Source: Minisyncoccota bacterium (lineage in GTDB: Bacteria; Patescibacteriota; Minisyncoccia; Minisyncoccales; RBG-13-42-11). Taken from it: a stretch of DNA of 32,469 bases. The translations under genes were made by a program, and so were the position numbers. The stretch covers positions 1 to 32,469 of the forward strand of contig JAQUAA010000002.1 in assembly GCA_028687495.1 (NCBI GenBank), in the 5' to 3' direction. A model generated the notes under the pieces. It was not told where the DNA came from and made no database searches. It saw only the letters and a program-made list of their open reading frames with translations. This document shows, in pieces, positions 21,375 through 29,951 of this stretch; within the stretch, counting starts at the first letter, position 1; each line of letters opens with the position of its first letter.

Positions 21375-22640
21375 ATGGCTGATAGATTTTTAATCAAAGG
21401 CGGGGTCCCACTTTCTGGAGAAGTGGAAATTTCAGGATATAAAAATGCAGCTGGCGCTATCTTAGCAGCTGTTTTGCTTTCCAAAGAAGCTTCTATTATT
21501 GACAACCTTCCCCAGGTGACCGATGTTTTGGATCAAATTGAAATTCTGAACAAAATGGGAGCCACAATCGAATGGCAGAATCAAAAAAAGGTTAAAATCA
21601 ATCCCGCCAATATAAATCCGGAGAACATTCCCACCGATCTTTTTGAAAAGATGAGGGTTTCGGTTTTACTGGTTGGTCCCCTTCTGGCCCGATTCAGAAA
21701 ATTCAAAATACCCCATCCCGGCGGAGATAAAATCGGTTTAAGACCGATTTCCACCCATCTTGAAGCTCTAAAAGAATTTGGAATAAAGGTAGAAGAAAAA
21801 GATGGTTTTTATAATTTCGAAGCGCCGGGAAATCTTGAAGGAAAAAAGGTTGTTTTAGAGGAATTTTCGGTCTCAGCCACCGAAATTCTGATGATGTTGG
21901 CCGCTCTTTCCGAAGGAAAAACAACAATTGAGCTGGCGGCAGCCGAACCTCAAGTTCAGGATTTGGGAAATTTCCTTAAAAAAATGGGATTGAACATCGA
22001 GGGAATCGGAACCCATACCATCACGATTGAAGGCAAGCGCGAATTGAACGGAACGGAATTTTCAATTTGCCCCGATCTTTTGGAGGCCGGGACTTTCGTT
22101 GTCGCCTTCGCTTTAACCAAGGGCCAAGGTAAGATAAAAAACGTGAATCCTCAGCATTTGACGATGTTTTTGAAAAAAATGAAAGAAATCGGAGTAAATC
22201 TTGAAATATTACAGAATGAAATTCTAATCTATCCTCCTTCGTCGGTAAACTTTAAACCAACGAAAATCCAGGTTTTACCTTATCCCGGCTTTCCCACCGA
22301 TTTACAGCCTCAGACATCGGTTTTATTGACGCAAGCCCAAGGGAAATCTCTGATTCACGATCCCTTATACGAAAACCGTTTCCAGCATTTGCATGAACTC
22401 AGAAAAATGGGCGCCGACATTGAAATTACTGACCCCCACCGGGCTTTGATTTTCGGGAAAACAGAGTTAACCGGAAATAAAATAAGCGCCTTGGATATCA
22501 GGTCGGGCGCTTCCTTAATTTTGGCGGGATTAATAGCCCGCGGAGAAACTCAGATCGGAGATATTCCTCAACTCGAAAGGGGTTACGAAAAATTTGACGA
22601 AAAACTGAAAAAACTCGGCGCTCAGATTGAAAGAATTTAA
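21375..22640 (+). CDS. murA: UDP-N-acetylglucosamine 1-carboxyvinyltransferase (Asp at the catalytic Cys115-equivalent position)
   Basis: Motifs seen: FLIKGGVPLSGEVEISGYKNAA, HPGGDKIGLRPI and the C-terminal LDIRSGASLILAGLIA. Residue 118 is GAT (21726-21728). Confidence 0.95.
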   Translation: MADRFLIKGGVPLSGEVEISGYKNAAGAILAAVLLSKEASIIDNLPQVTDVLDQIEILNKMGATIEWQNQKKVKINPANINPENIPTDLFEKMRVSVLLVGPLLARFRKFKIPHPGGDKIGLRPISTHLEALKEFGIKVEEKDGFYNFEAPGNLEGKKVVLEEFSVSATEILMMLAALSEGKTTIELAAAEPQVQDLGNFLKKMGLNIEGIGTHTITIEGKRELNGTEFSICPDLLEAGTFVVAFALTKGQGKIKNVNPQHLTMFLKKMKEIGVNLEILQNEILIYPPSSVNFKPTKIQVLPYPGFPTDLQPQTSVLLTQAQGKSLIHDPLYENRFQHLHELRKMGADIEITDPHRALIFGKTELTGNKISALDIRSGASLILAGLIARGETQIGDIPQLERGYEKFDEKLKKLGAQIERI

Positions 22641-23218
22641 TCCCTGGCCAATTCAAAAGCTTTGACGTTTAATTCCAGATATTTTTCTGGGATTATTTTT
22701 TTAATTGCGTTCAAAATTGCCACAGGTCTAATGGGAATCAATTTTCTGAACGTCGCCCAGCTTATCAGATAAATCCCGGCGACAACGCTATTCCCCAATT
22801 TTTCCTGGCAGATTTTATCTGCCGGGATTATGTTTATGTTTTTGCTTATTTTCTTCAAACTATCGGAAATTTCTTTTTCATTAAGATTCTTTACCAGGGG
22901 AATAATCTGAATAAACTGATTTATCAAGAAATCGGTCTTGGAGCCGGCGTAATAGCTCGCCTTAAGAGCTTCCTGCATTTCCAATCCTAAAATTAAATTC
23001 GCCTGGGCAGAGGAAACAATGGGTGAATAGATTTTTTTACCGAACCTTATGTGAACCTCAACCGAACCTCCTCTCTGGGATAAACCGTGGAGTTCTGACG
23101 TTCTCACTTCGTAACCTTCGTCAGCGGCAGCCTGGGCGATAATCTGCAAAAGAGTAATTAATCCCTGCCCGCCAACCCCCGAAATTACCATATTAAATTG
23201 ATCTGTTTTTGGTGGCAT
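22637..23218 (-). CDS. iorB: 2-oxoacid:ferredoxin oxidoreductase gamma-type subunit (IorB-like)
   Basis: MVISGVGGQGLITLLQIIAQAA is the POR catalytic-domain signature. Its start lies 1 nt after the iorA-like stop. Confidence 0.75.
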   Translation of the reverse strand: MPPKTDQFNMVISGVGGQGLITLLQIIAQAAADEGYEVRTSELHGLSQRGGSVEVHIRFGKKIYSPIVSSAQANLILGLEMQEALKASYYAGSKTDFLINQFIQIIPLVKNLNEKEISDSLKKISKNINIIPADKICQEKLGNSVVAGIYLISWATFRKLIPIRPVAILNAIKKIIPEKYLELNVKAFELARD

Positions 23219-23219
23219 A

Positions 23220-24851
23220 TTACTTTTTGACTACAAACTTACAAGGTCTTCTGGAAATAATCACGGAAACCTCGGGTTTCTCCAGAAATTCCTTTATGGT
23301 TTTTACGAATTCTTCCTGGTTAATGGGATCTATGACTTTTAAGTTTTTTACCCCGCAGGCCTGAACAATATTCTCTATCTTTATGCCGTTGGGCGTTACC
23401 GGAGCTCCGGGATGGGGCTGATGCCCGGTCATGGCTGTCGTCTGATTGTCCAAAATAATAACCAAAGGATTGGATCTGTTATTAACCGCATTGATCAGGG
23501 CGGGAATGCCGGCATGGAAAAAAGAGGAATCTCCGACAAAAGTAATCAGTTTCTGGCCAGTGGCTTTTTTAATTCCGTGAGCGATTCCCACGGAAGACCC
23601 CATACAGGAAAGATAATCCTGCAGATTAACGGGCGAATTGCCAAAAAGCATGTAACAGCCGATTTCTCCTCCGAAAATGACCTTATTCACATCAACCGCC
23701 TTTTTTATGGCCGAAACAACGAACCAGTAAGGACAGCCCGGGCAAAGCTGGGGAGATCTTTTCGGAACTGGGATATTTAATTTGGGATGATATTGAATAT
23801 TTAATTTTTTGTTAGCGAATTTGGCCAGGGCCTGCGTAACGATTTCCGGTCTCAATTCTCCTGTTGCGGGCAACAATTCCTTGCCGATTATCTCCAAATT
23901 ACAGTTTGCTTCTTTCGCCAACCTGGCCACTTCTTTTTCCAGATACGGTTCTAATTCTTCGACAACCAAAATGCGTTTTAGTTTTTTAATGAAGTTTTTG
24001 ATTTTCTTTTCCGCTAAGGGATAGAAAAAATCAAGTTTCAAAACCGGTAAATCGATATTTAATTCCCCCAATGCCTCCATTACATATAAATAGGAGATTC
24101 CCGAAGTGATAATGCCAATTTTCTGATTAGTTGGGGCAGACTTCAACAAACTCTCTGAAAACTCCCGTATCTTTTCGATTTTATCCAGAAGTTCTTTTTT
24201 CATTTCCAAAACTCTTGGTGGCAGGGTAACGAATCTCTTCACATCTTTAACAAATTCGCCTTTTTGAGTCTTATCTTTTGAAGTTTTAATTTCTCCGAGA
24301 ATCACCGGCATTTTTTGGTGAGCCACCCTAGTGGTTGTCCTGATTATTACAGGAATATTGAATCTCTCTGAAATTTGAAAACCCAATTTCACAAAATCTT
24401 TACACTCCTGCGGATCAGCCGGCTCCAAGACCGGAATATGAGCGGCTTCTACTATGAAGCGGGAATTTTCTTCGGACTGGGCCGAACTGTGACAAGAGGG
24501 ATCATCGGCGACGATAATGACGGTCGGTCCTTTGCTACCAGTATAAACAAAAGGAAATAAAGCGTCTAAGGCGACGTTCAGGCCGAAATTTTTCATTGCC
24601 ACCAATGTTTTTAAACCTGAAAAACTAGCCCCGATTCCAGCTTCAAGAGCCACTTTTTCGTTCGTGGAAAACTCGAAATAAACTCCGGCTTTCGGAGCAA
24701 TCTTAAAAAAAGTATTTCCGATTTCCGATGCCGGCGTTCCAGGATATGTAGAAACAAAATTAACGCCTTCCTCTAAGGCGCCTCGAACAATAGCTTCGTT
24801 CCCCAGGAGAATTATTTTTTCCCCGGGTTTTTGTAAGAGAAGTTCTTCCAT
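23220..24851 (-). CDS. iorA: Indolepyruvate/2-oxoacid:ferredoxin oxidoreductase alpha-type subunit (TPP-binding), no ferredoxin-like dicluster domain
   Basis: Motifs seen: GNEAIVRGALEEGVNFVSTYPGTPASEI, QLCPGCPYW and the TPP motif GDSSFFHAG...NQTTAMTG. I moved the start to MEELLLQKPGE (24851) because the track start (24914) overlaps the glmS 3' end by 50 nt. Confidence 0.75.
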   Translation of the reverse strand: MEELLLQKPGEKIILLGNEAIVRGALEEGVNFVSTYPGTPASEIGNTFFKIAPKAGVYFEFSTNEKVALEAGIGASFSGLKTLVAMKNFGLNVALDALFPFVYTGSKGPTVIIVADDPSCHSSAQSEENSRFIVEAAHIPVLEPADPQECKDFVKLGFQISERFNIPVIIRTTTRVAHQKMPVILGEIKTSKDKTQKGEFVKDVKRFVTLPPRVLEMKKELLDKIEKIREFSESLLKSAPTNQKIGIITSGISYLYVMEALGELNIDLPVLKLDFFYPLAEKKIKNFIKKLKRILVVEELEPYLEKEVARLAKEANCNLEIIGKELLPATGELRPEIVTQALAKFANKKLNIQYHPKLNIPVPKRSPQLCPGCPYWFVVSAIKKAVDVNKVIFGGEIGCYMLFGNSPVNLQDYLSCMGSSVGIAHGIKKATGQKLITFVGDSSFFHAGIPALINAVNNRSNPLVIILDNQTTAMTGHQPHPGAPVTPNGIKIENIVQACGVKNLKVIDPINQEEFVKTIKEFLEKPEVSVIISRRPCKFVVKK

Positions 24852-24864
24852 TGCACTATTTATT

Positions 24865-26688
24865 TTACTCGACCGTGACGGACTTGGCAAGGTTTCTAGG
24901 CTTATCAACGTCATGGCCGAGTAAAACCGCCGTGTAATAGGCGAAAAGATGCAAAGGGATGACTGAAAGAATTGGCGTCAGCATTTCCAAGGTCTTGGGA
25001 ATATAAATCACATCGTCAACAATTTTCTTTATGTCTTCATTCCCCTGAGTAGCAATGGCTAAAACCTTTCCCCTCCTGGCTTTCACTTCTTGAATATTGG
25101 AAACCATTTTCTCATAGACCGAATCGGAAGGCAAAATCGCCACTGTCGGGAAAGTTTCATCAATCAATGCAATTGGCCCGTGTTTTAACTCTCCGGCGCC
25201 GACTCCTTCGGCATGCAAATAGGAAATTTCCTTGAGTTTCAAAGCGCCCTCCAGGGCAATGGGATAATTGTATTTTCTTCCGATGAACCAGAAGTTGTTG
25301 AAATCCTTATAATTTTTAGCTAATTTTTCGATTTCAGGAGCTGATTTTAAAGTTTCTTTTGCCAACTCGGGAAGTTTTGCCAATTCCTGGACGATTCTCT
25401 TCCCCATCACCAGCGCCATTTCTCTCTGTCTTCCCAAATAAACGGCGAACATCGCTAAGGTCGCCAGTTGCCCCAAAAACGCCTTGGTCGAGGCTACGGC
25501 AATTTCCGGTCCGGATCTCGTGTAGACACCGGCATCGGTTTCCCTGGCCTGAGTACTGCCCACAACATTAGTAATGCCTATGGTCAAAATCCCCTTTTGT
25601 TTCATCTCTTTTAAAGCAGCTAGGGTGTCGGCTGTTTCTCCTGACTGGGATATGAAAATAGCCGCCGTGTTCTTGTCTACAATTGGTTTGCGATAACGAA
25701 ATTCTGAAGCAGTATCAACTTCAGTGGGAATGCCGGCGTACTCCTCCAACATATATTCTCCGACTCTGGCAGCGTAGCTCGCCGTACCGCAGGCAACCAA
25801 AATTAATCTGTTAATTTTCCTTAGTTTTTCCTGAATTCCATCCAGTCCTCCCAATTTGACCCTGCCCTCTTCAATTATCAATCTTCCCCTGAGAGCGTTT
25901 TCAATGGTCTCGGGCTCTTCCATTATTTCTTTCAGCATGAAGTGAGGAAAACCGCCTTTCTGAGCTTCTTCCAATTTCCATTCGATCTCTTCCGGTTTTT
26001 TCTCTTTAAGAATAAAGAAGTTTTCCGGCGTCAGAGTGGCTATTTCCCCGTCGTCGAGATAAATTACCTTTTTAGTATGGGCAATCACAGCCGAAGGATC
26101 GGAAGCAATTAAATATTCGTTTTCTCCCAAACCCAAAAGCAAAGGACTGCCGAGTCTTGCGGCGACAATCTTCTTGGGATCTTCTCTTGAAATCACGGCT
26201 ATGCCGTAAGTTCCCCTAACCAAAGACAGGGCCCTTCTTACGGCTTCCTCAAGATTTCCTTTGAAGAATTTTTCAACCAAGTGGCTGAGTACCTCCGTAT
26301 CGGTTTCGGAACTGAATTTATGGCCTTCTTTGATCAATTGTTCCTTCAGCTCCTTATAGTTTTCAATAATGCCGTTATGAACTAAATAGATGTTCTTTCG
26401 GCAGTCGCAATGGGGATGGGCGTTGCAATCGGTCACTCCGCCGTGAGTCGCCCAGCGAGTATGTAAAATAACCGGATTATCAAAAACGGAATTATTATTT
26501 ATCTTTTCCTCCAGTTTATTGATTCTTCCCACTGCTTTTTGGCAAAAAATATCTTTTTTATTCGCGTCCCAAATGGCAAAACCGGCAGAGTCATAACCTC
26601 TGTATTCCAATCTTTTGAGAGCTTCTACGCCCAATCTCAGAGAATTGGGGTTTCCATCTTTAGATATATAACCTACAATCCCGCACAT
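24865..26688 (-). CDS. glmS: Glutamine--fructose-6-phosphate aminotransferase
   Basis: MCGIVGY requires Cys as residue 2 (Ntn amidotransferase), so the start is 26688, not 26700. Two SIS domains are present, and the protein ends in the typical C-terminal NLAKSVTVE. Confidence 0.95.
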   Translation of the reverse strand: MCGIVGYISKDGNPNSLRLGVEALKRLEYRGYDSAGFAIWDANKKDIFCQKAVGRINKLEEKINNNSVFDNPVILHTRWATHGGVTDCNAHPHCDCRKNIYLVHNGIIENYKELKEQLIKEGHKFSSETDTEVLSHLVEKFFKGNLEEAVRRALSLVRGTYGIAVISREDPKKIVAARLGSPLLLGLGENEYLIASDPSAVIAHTKKVIYLDDGEIATLTPENFFILKEKKPEEIEWKLEEAQKGGFPHFMLKEIMEEPETIENALRGRLIIEEGRVKLGGLDGIQEKLRKINRLILVACGTASYAARVGEYMLEEYAGIPTEVDTASEFRYRKPIVDKNTAAIFISQSGETADTLAALKEMKQKGILTIGITNVVGSTQARETDAGVYTRSGPEIAVASTKAFLGQLATLAMFAVYLGRQREMALVMGKRIVQELAKLPELAKETLKSAPEIEKLAKNYKDFNNFWFIGRKYNYPIALEGALKLKEISYLHAEGVGAGELKHGPIALIDETFPTVAILPSDSVYEKMVSNIQEVKARRGKVLAIATQGNEDIKKIVDDVIYIPKTLEMLTPILSVIPLHLFAYYTAVLLGHDVDKPRNLAKSVTVE

Positions 26689-26689
26689 T

Positions 26690-29131
26690 TTAGATGACAA
26701 TATTTATGAGTTTTCCCGGGACGAAAATTATTTTTTTGATTTCTTTTCCCTCTGTCCATTTTATAACATTTTTCTGAGAAATTGCAAGGGTTTTGGCTTC
26801 TTCTTCCGGAATGTCGGCAGCAACCTCAATCTTATCCCTGACCTTACCGTTTATCTGAACGATTAAAGTGATTGTCTCGTCTTTGATAAATTTTGGATCA
26901 TATTCCGGCCACTTTTCCTCAAAAATGCTTTTAGAATGCCCTAATTTTCGCCAAAGTTCCTCGGCGGTATGGGGAATGAAAGGAGAAAGAAGAATTATAA
27001 TTTTTTCAAGGTCTTTTATTTCAATTTGGTTATAATTTGTATATTTCCCCAACTGATCTTTTCCTTCTCTGCTGAAAAAATTCAACAATTCCATAAGGGA
27101 ACTGACAACTGTATTAAAATTACAATTTTCAATATCATCACTTACTTTTTTTATGGTCTTATTGAGAACAACTACTCCCTCTTTTGTAGTTTTAATATTC
27201 TTTGGCTGGATTTCTTTTATTGTCTCAACATAATCCCATGCTCTTTCTAAAAACCTAAAACATCCTTTTAATCCATTAGTACTCCAGGCAATCGCCTGAT
27301 CAAAAGGACCCATAAACATCTCGTAAAGCCGCAGGGTATCGGCGCCGAATTCCTTGACGATATCGTCGGGATTTATGACGTTGCCGAAAGATTTCGACAT
27401 TTTCCTGCCGTCCTCGGCCAAAACTATACCGTGAGAAGTTCTTCTTTTGTAGGGCTCTGGTGTCGGGGCAACCCCGATGTCGAAAAGGAATTTATAGATA
27501 AATCTGGAATACAAAAGATGCAAAGTGGTATGCTCGAAACCGCCGTTGTACCAATCGACCGGCAGCCAGTATTTCAATTTATTTTTATCAGCCAGAGCCT
27601 TATCGTTATCCGGATCGGTATAACGCATATAATACCAGTTGGAACCGGCCCAGTTGGGCATCGTATCCGTTTCTCTTTTTGCAGGCCCGCCGCATTTCGG
27701 ACATTTGACATTCACCCACTCCGAAATTACAGATAAGGGCGACTCGCCCGTTCCGGTCGGCTGATATTTTTCCACGTAAGGAAGTTCAACCGGCAAATCC
27801 TTTTCCGAGACAGGCACTGCTCCGCATTTTGAACAATGAATGATAGGTATGGGCTCCCCCCAGTAATGCTGCCTGGAAAAAACCCAATCTCTCAATTTGT
27901 ACTGAACCGTTTTTTTGCCTGAATCTTTTTTCTCCAGCCATCGGGTGATTTTTTCAATGGCGTCTTGCGAGTATAAATTATTGAATTCCCCGGAGTTGAT
28001 TAAGGTGCCGTAATCGACAAAAGCGTCTTTGGAAACATCGCCGCCAGAAACCACCTCTCTTATTTCCAAGCCGTATTTCTCGGCAAAATCATAATCCCGG
28101 TAATCGTGGGCGGGCACCACCATCACCGCTCCTCCGCCATAGGTAGCCACCACATAATCCCCGATCCAAACCGGCACTTTTTCATTATTAGCGGGATTCA
28201 AACAATATGAGCCGGTAAAGACGCCTGTCTTTTCCTTTTCCAACTGTTCTCTTTCAAAATCGCTTTTCTTTCTGGCCTCGCTAACGTATTTTTCTACTTT
28301 TTCTTTGTTTTCTTTCTTAATTAAGTTTTTAGCCAAGGGATGTTCGGGAGCCAGAACTACGGCCGTGACTCCGAAAAGAGTGTCTGCCCTCGTGGTGAAA
28401 ACTTTGATTTTTTCTTTTGAATCTTCTATTTTGAAATCAATTTCCGTACCGTAACTCTTACCGATCCAGTTTATCTGCTGTAATTTAACTTTTTCCGGAT
28501 AATTAAGATCTTTTAAGTCTTCTATTAATCTGTCGGCATAGGCTGTAATTTTTATCATCCATTGCTTTAAAACTTTCTTTTCTACCGCAGTGCCGCATCT
28601 TTCGCATGATCCCGCAACCACTTCTTCGTTCGCCAGACCGATTTTACAGGAAGGGCAGAAATTTATCGGAATTTCCGCTTGGTAAGCCAGTCCTTTTTCA
28701 AAGAGTTTGAGAAAAATCCACTGAGTCCATTTATAATATCGGGGGTCGGTGGTATTGATTTCTTTCGACCAGTCGAAAGAAAGACCCAAGCTTTTCAGTT
28801 GTTCTTTATAGTTGGCGACATTTTTAGCGGTGGCCAAGGAAGGATGGACGCCGGTTTTTATCGCATAATTTTCCGTCGGCAAACCGAAAGCATCCCAGCC
28901 GATCGGGAATAAAACATTAAATCCTTCCATCCTCCTTTTCCTGGCCACGGCATCCAAAGCCGCATAAGATCTCACGTGACCGACATGAAGACCGGCGCCC
29001 GAAGGATAGGGAAATTCAATCAAAACGTAGCTTTTTGGCTTTTTGGAAAAATCTTCCGCCCGATAAAAACCTTCTTTCTCCCAATAATTCTGCCATTTCT
29101 TTTCGATTTCCTGAGGATTGTATTTATCCAT
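26690..29131 (-). CDS. leuS: Leucyl-tRNA synthetase
   Basis: PYPSGAGLHVGHVRSY is the HIGH motif and KMSKSFGN the KMSKS motif. A CP1 editing region and Cys-rich zinc motifs are present. Confidence 0.95.
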   Translation of the reverse strand: MDKYNPQEIEKKWQNYWEKEGFYRAEDFSKKPKSYVLIEFPYPSGAGLHVGHVRSYAALDAVARKRRMEGFNVLFPIGWDAFGLPTENYAIKTGVHPSLATAKNVANYKEQLKSLGLSFDWSKEINTTDPRYYKWTQWIFLKLFEKGLAYQAEIPINFCPSCKIGLANEEVVAGSCERCGTAVEKKVLKQWMIKITAYADRLIEDLKDLNYPEKVKLQQINWIGKSYGTEIDFKIEDSKEKIKVFTTRADTLFGVTAVVLAPEHPLAKNLIKKENKEKVEKYVSEARKKSDFEREQLEKEKTGVFTGSYCLNPANNEKVPVWIGDYVVATYGGGAVMVVPAHDYRDYDFAEKYGLEIREVVSGGDVSKDAFVDYGTLINSGEFNNLYSQDAIEKITRWLEKKDSGKKTVQYKLRDWVFSRQHYWGEPIPIIHCSKCGAVPVSEKDLPVELPYVEKYQPTGTGESPLSVISEWVNVKCPKCGGPAKRETDTMPNWAGSNWYYMRYTDPDNDKALADKNKLKYWLPVDWYNGGFEHTTLHLLYSRFIYKFLFDIGVAPTPEPYKRRTSHGIVLAEDGRKMSKSFGNVINPDDIVKEFGADTLRLYEMFMGPFDQAIAWSTNGLKGCFRFLERAWDYVETIKEIQPKNIKTTKEGVVVLNKTIKKVSDDIENCNFNTVVSSLMELLNFFSREGKDQLGKYTNYNQIEIKDLEKIIILLSPFIPHTAEELWRKLGHSKSIFEEKWPEYDPKFIKDETITLIVQINGKVRDKIEVAADIPEEEAKTLAISQKNVIKWTEGKEIKKIIFVPGKLINIVI

Positions 29132-29951
29132 GTAAGTTGAATAATTTCACGGCATTTTTGACCGTAATATCAGATATTTCTTCATAGCTCAATTTTTTGA
29201 TTTTAGCAATTTTCTCAGCAACGTATTTAACATATGAAGGCTCGTTCCTGCCCTCCATCGGAGGCGGCGTCAAATAAGGACAGTCTGTTTCAATCAAAAT
29301 TCTTTCCAACGGCGTCTTGGCTATCACTTCGTCCAAATTTAACTTAAAAATTATGCCATTGAACCCTAAGGATAATCCATTTGCCAAATATCTCTGAGCC
29401 TCATCCCAATTGCCGCTAAAGCAATGGATAACGCCTCTGGGTTTTTCATTCTGCGACTCCAAAATATCTGTTAAATCATCATGAGCCACCCGACAATGAA
29501 ATATTACTGGTAAATTCAAATCCTCAGCCAATTTCAACTGCTTAACGAACGTTTCTCTTTGGCGATTTTTGAATTCGTCCAGCTTTGTCTTGGTTTTCGG
29601 CTTATACCAATAATCAAAACCGATCTCTCCGACGGCGACTACTTTTTTTGATCGAGCCAATTCTTTGTACTTTTCGTAGTCAAACTCTTCTTCTCTCGTC
29701 TCAAATTCTATTTCCTCTTTATCTATTTTTGTTTTAAAAATGCCGTTTGATAAATGAATGGGATGAACTCCAATGGCAGCATAAACTCCCCGTGAGTACT
29801 TTTCAGCAATCTCCACTGCCCTTTTTGAGGTGGAATATTGGGAACCGACGTTAATAATCCAGACGTTGTTTTCCAAAGAACGGCTGATAACCTTATCGGC
29901 GTCGTTCTTGTAAGCTGAGAAATTTACATGAGCGTGGGTATCAATAAGCAT
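29124..29951 (-). CDS. tatD: TatD-family metal-dependent DNase/hydrolase
   Basis: Motifs seen: MLIDTHAHVNF, VAVGEIGFDY, IHCFSG, ETDCPYL. Confidence 0.9.
   Translation of the reverse strand: MLIDTHAHVNFSAYKNDADKVISRSLENNVWIINVGSQYSTSKRAVEIAEKYSRGVYAAIGVHPIHLSNGIFKTKIDKEEIEFETREEEFDYEKYKELARSKKVVAVGEIGFDYWYKPKTKTKLDEFKNRQRETFVKQLKLAEDLNLPVIFHCRVAHDDLTDILESQNEKPRGVIHCFSGNWDEAQRYLANGLSLGFNGIIFKLNLDEVIAKTPLERILIETDCPYLTPPPMEGRNEPSYVKYVAEKIAKIKKLSYEEISDITVKNAVKLFNLHG

Noticed and set aside
24852-24914. A 21-aa N-terminal extension of the iorA-like ORF overlapping glmS by 50 nt.
   Set aside because: The extension (MTLISLETLPSPSRSSKINSA) has no family similarity. MEELLLQKPGE at 24851 leaves a 13-nt gap after the glmS stop.
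26689-26700. The MSSK extension at the glmS start.
   Set aside because: GlmS is an Ntn amidotransferase that needs Cys directly after the initiator Met (MCGIVG). The extension would also overlap leuS.
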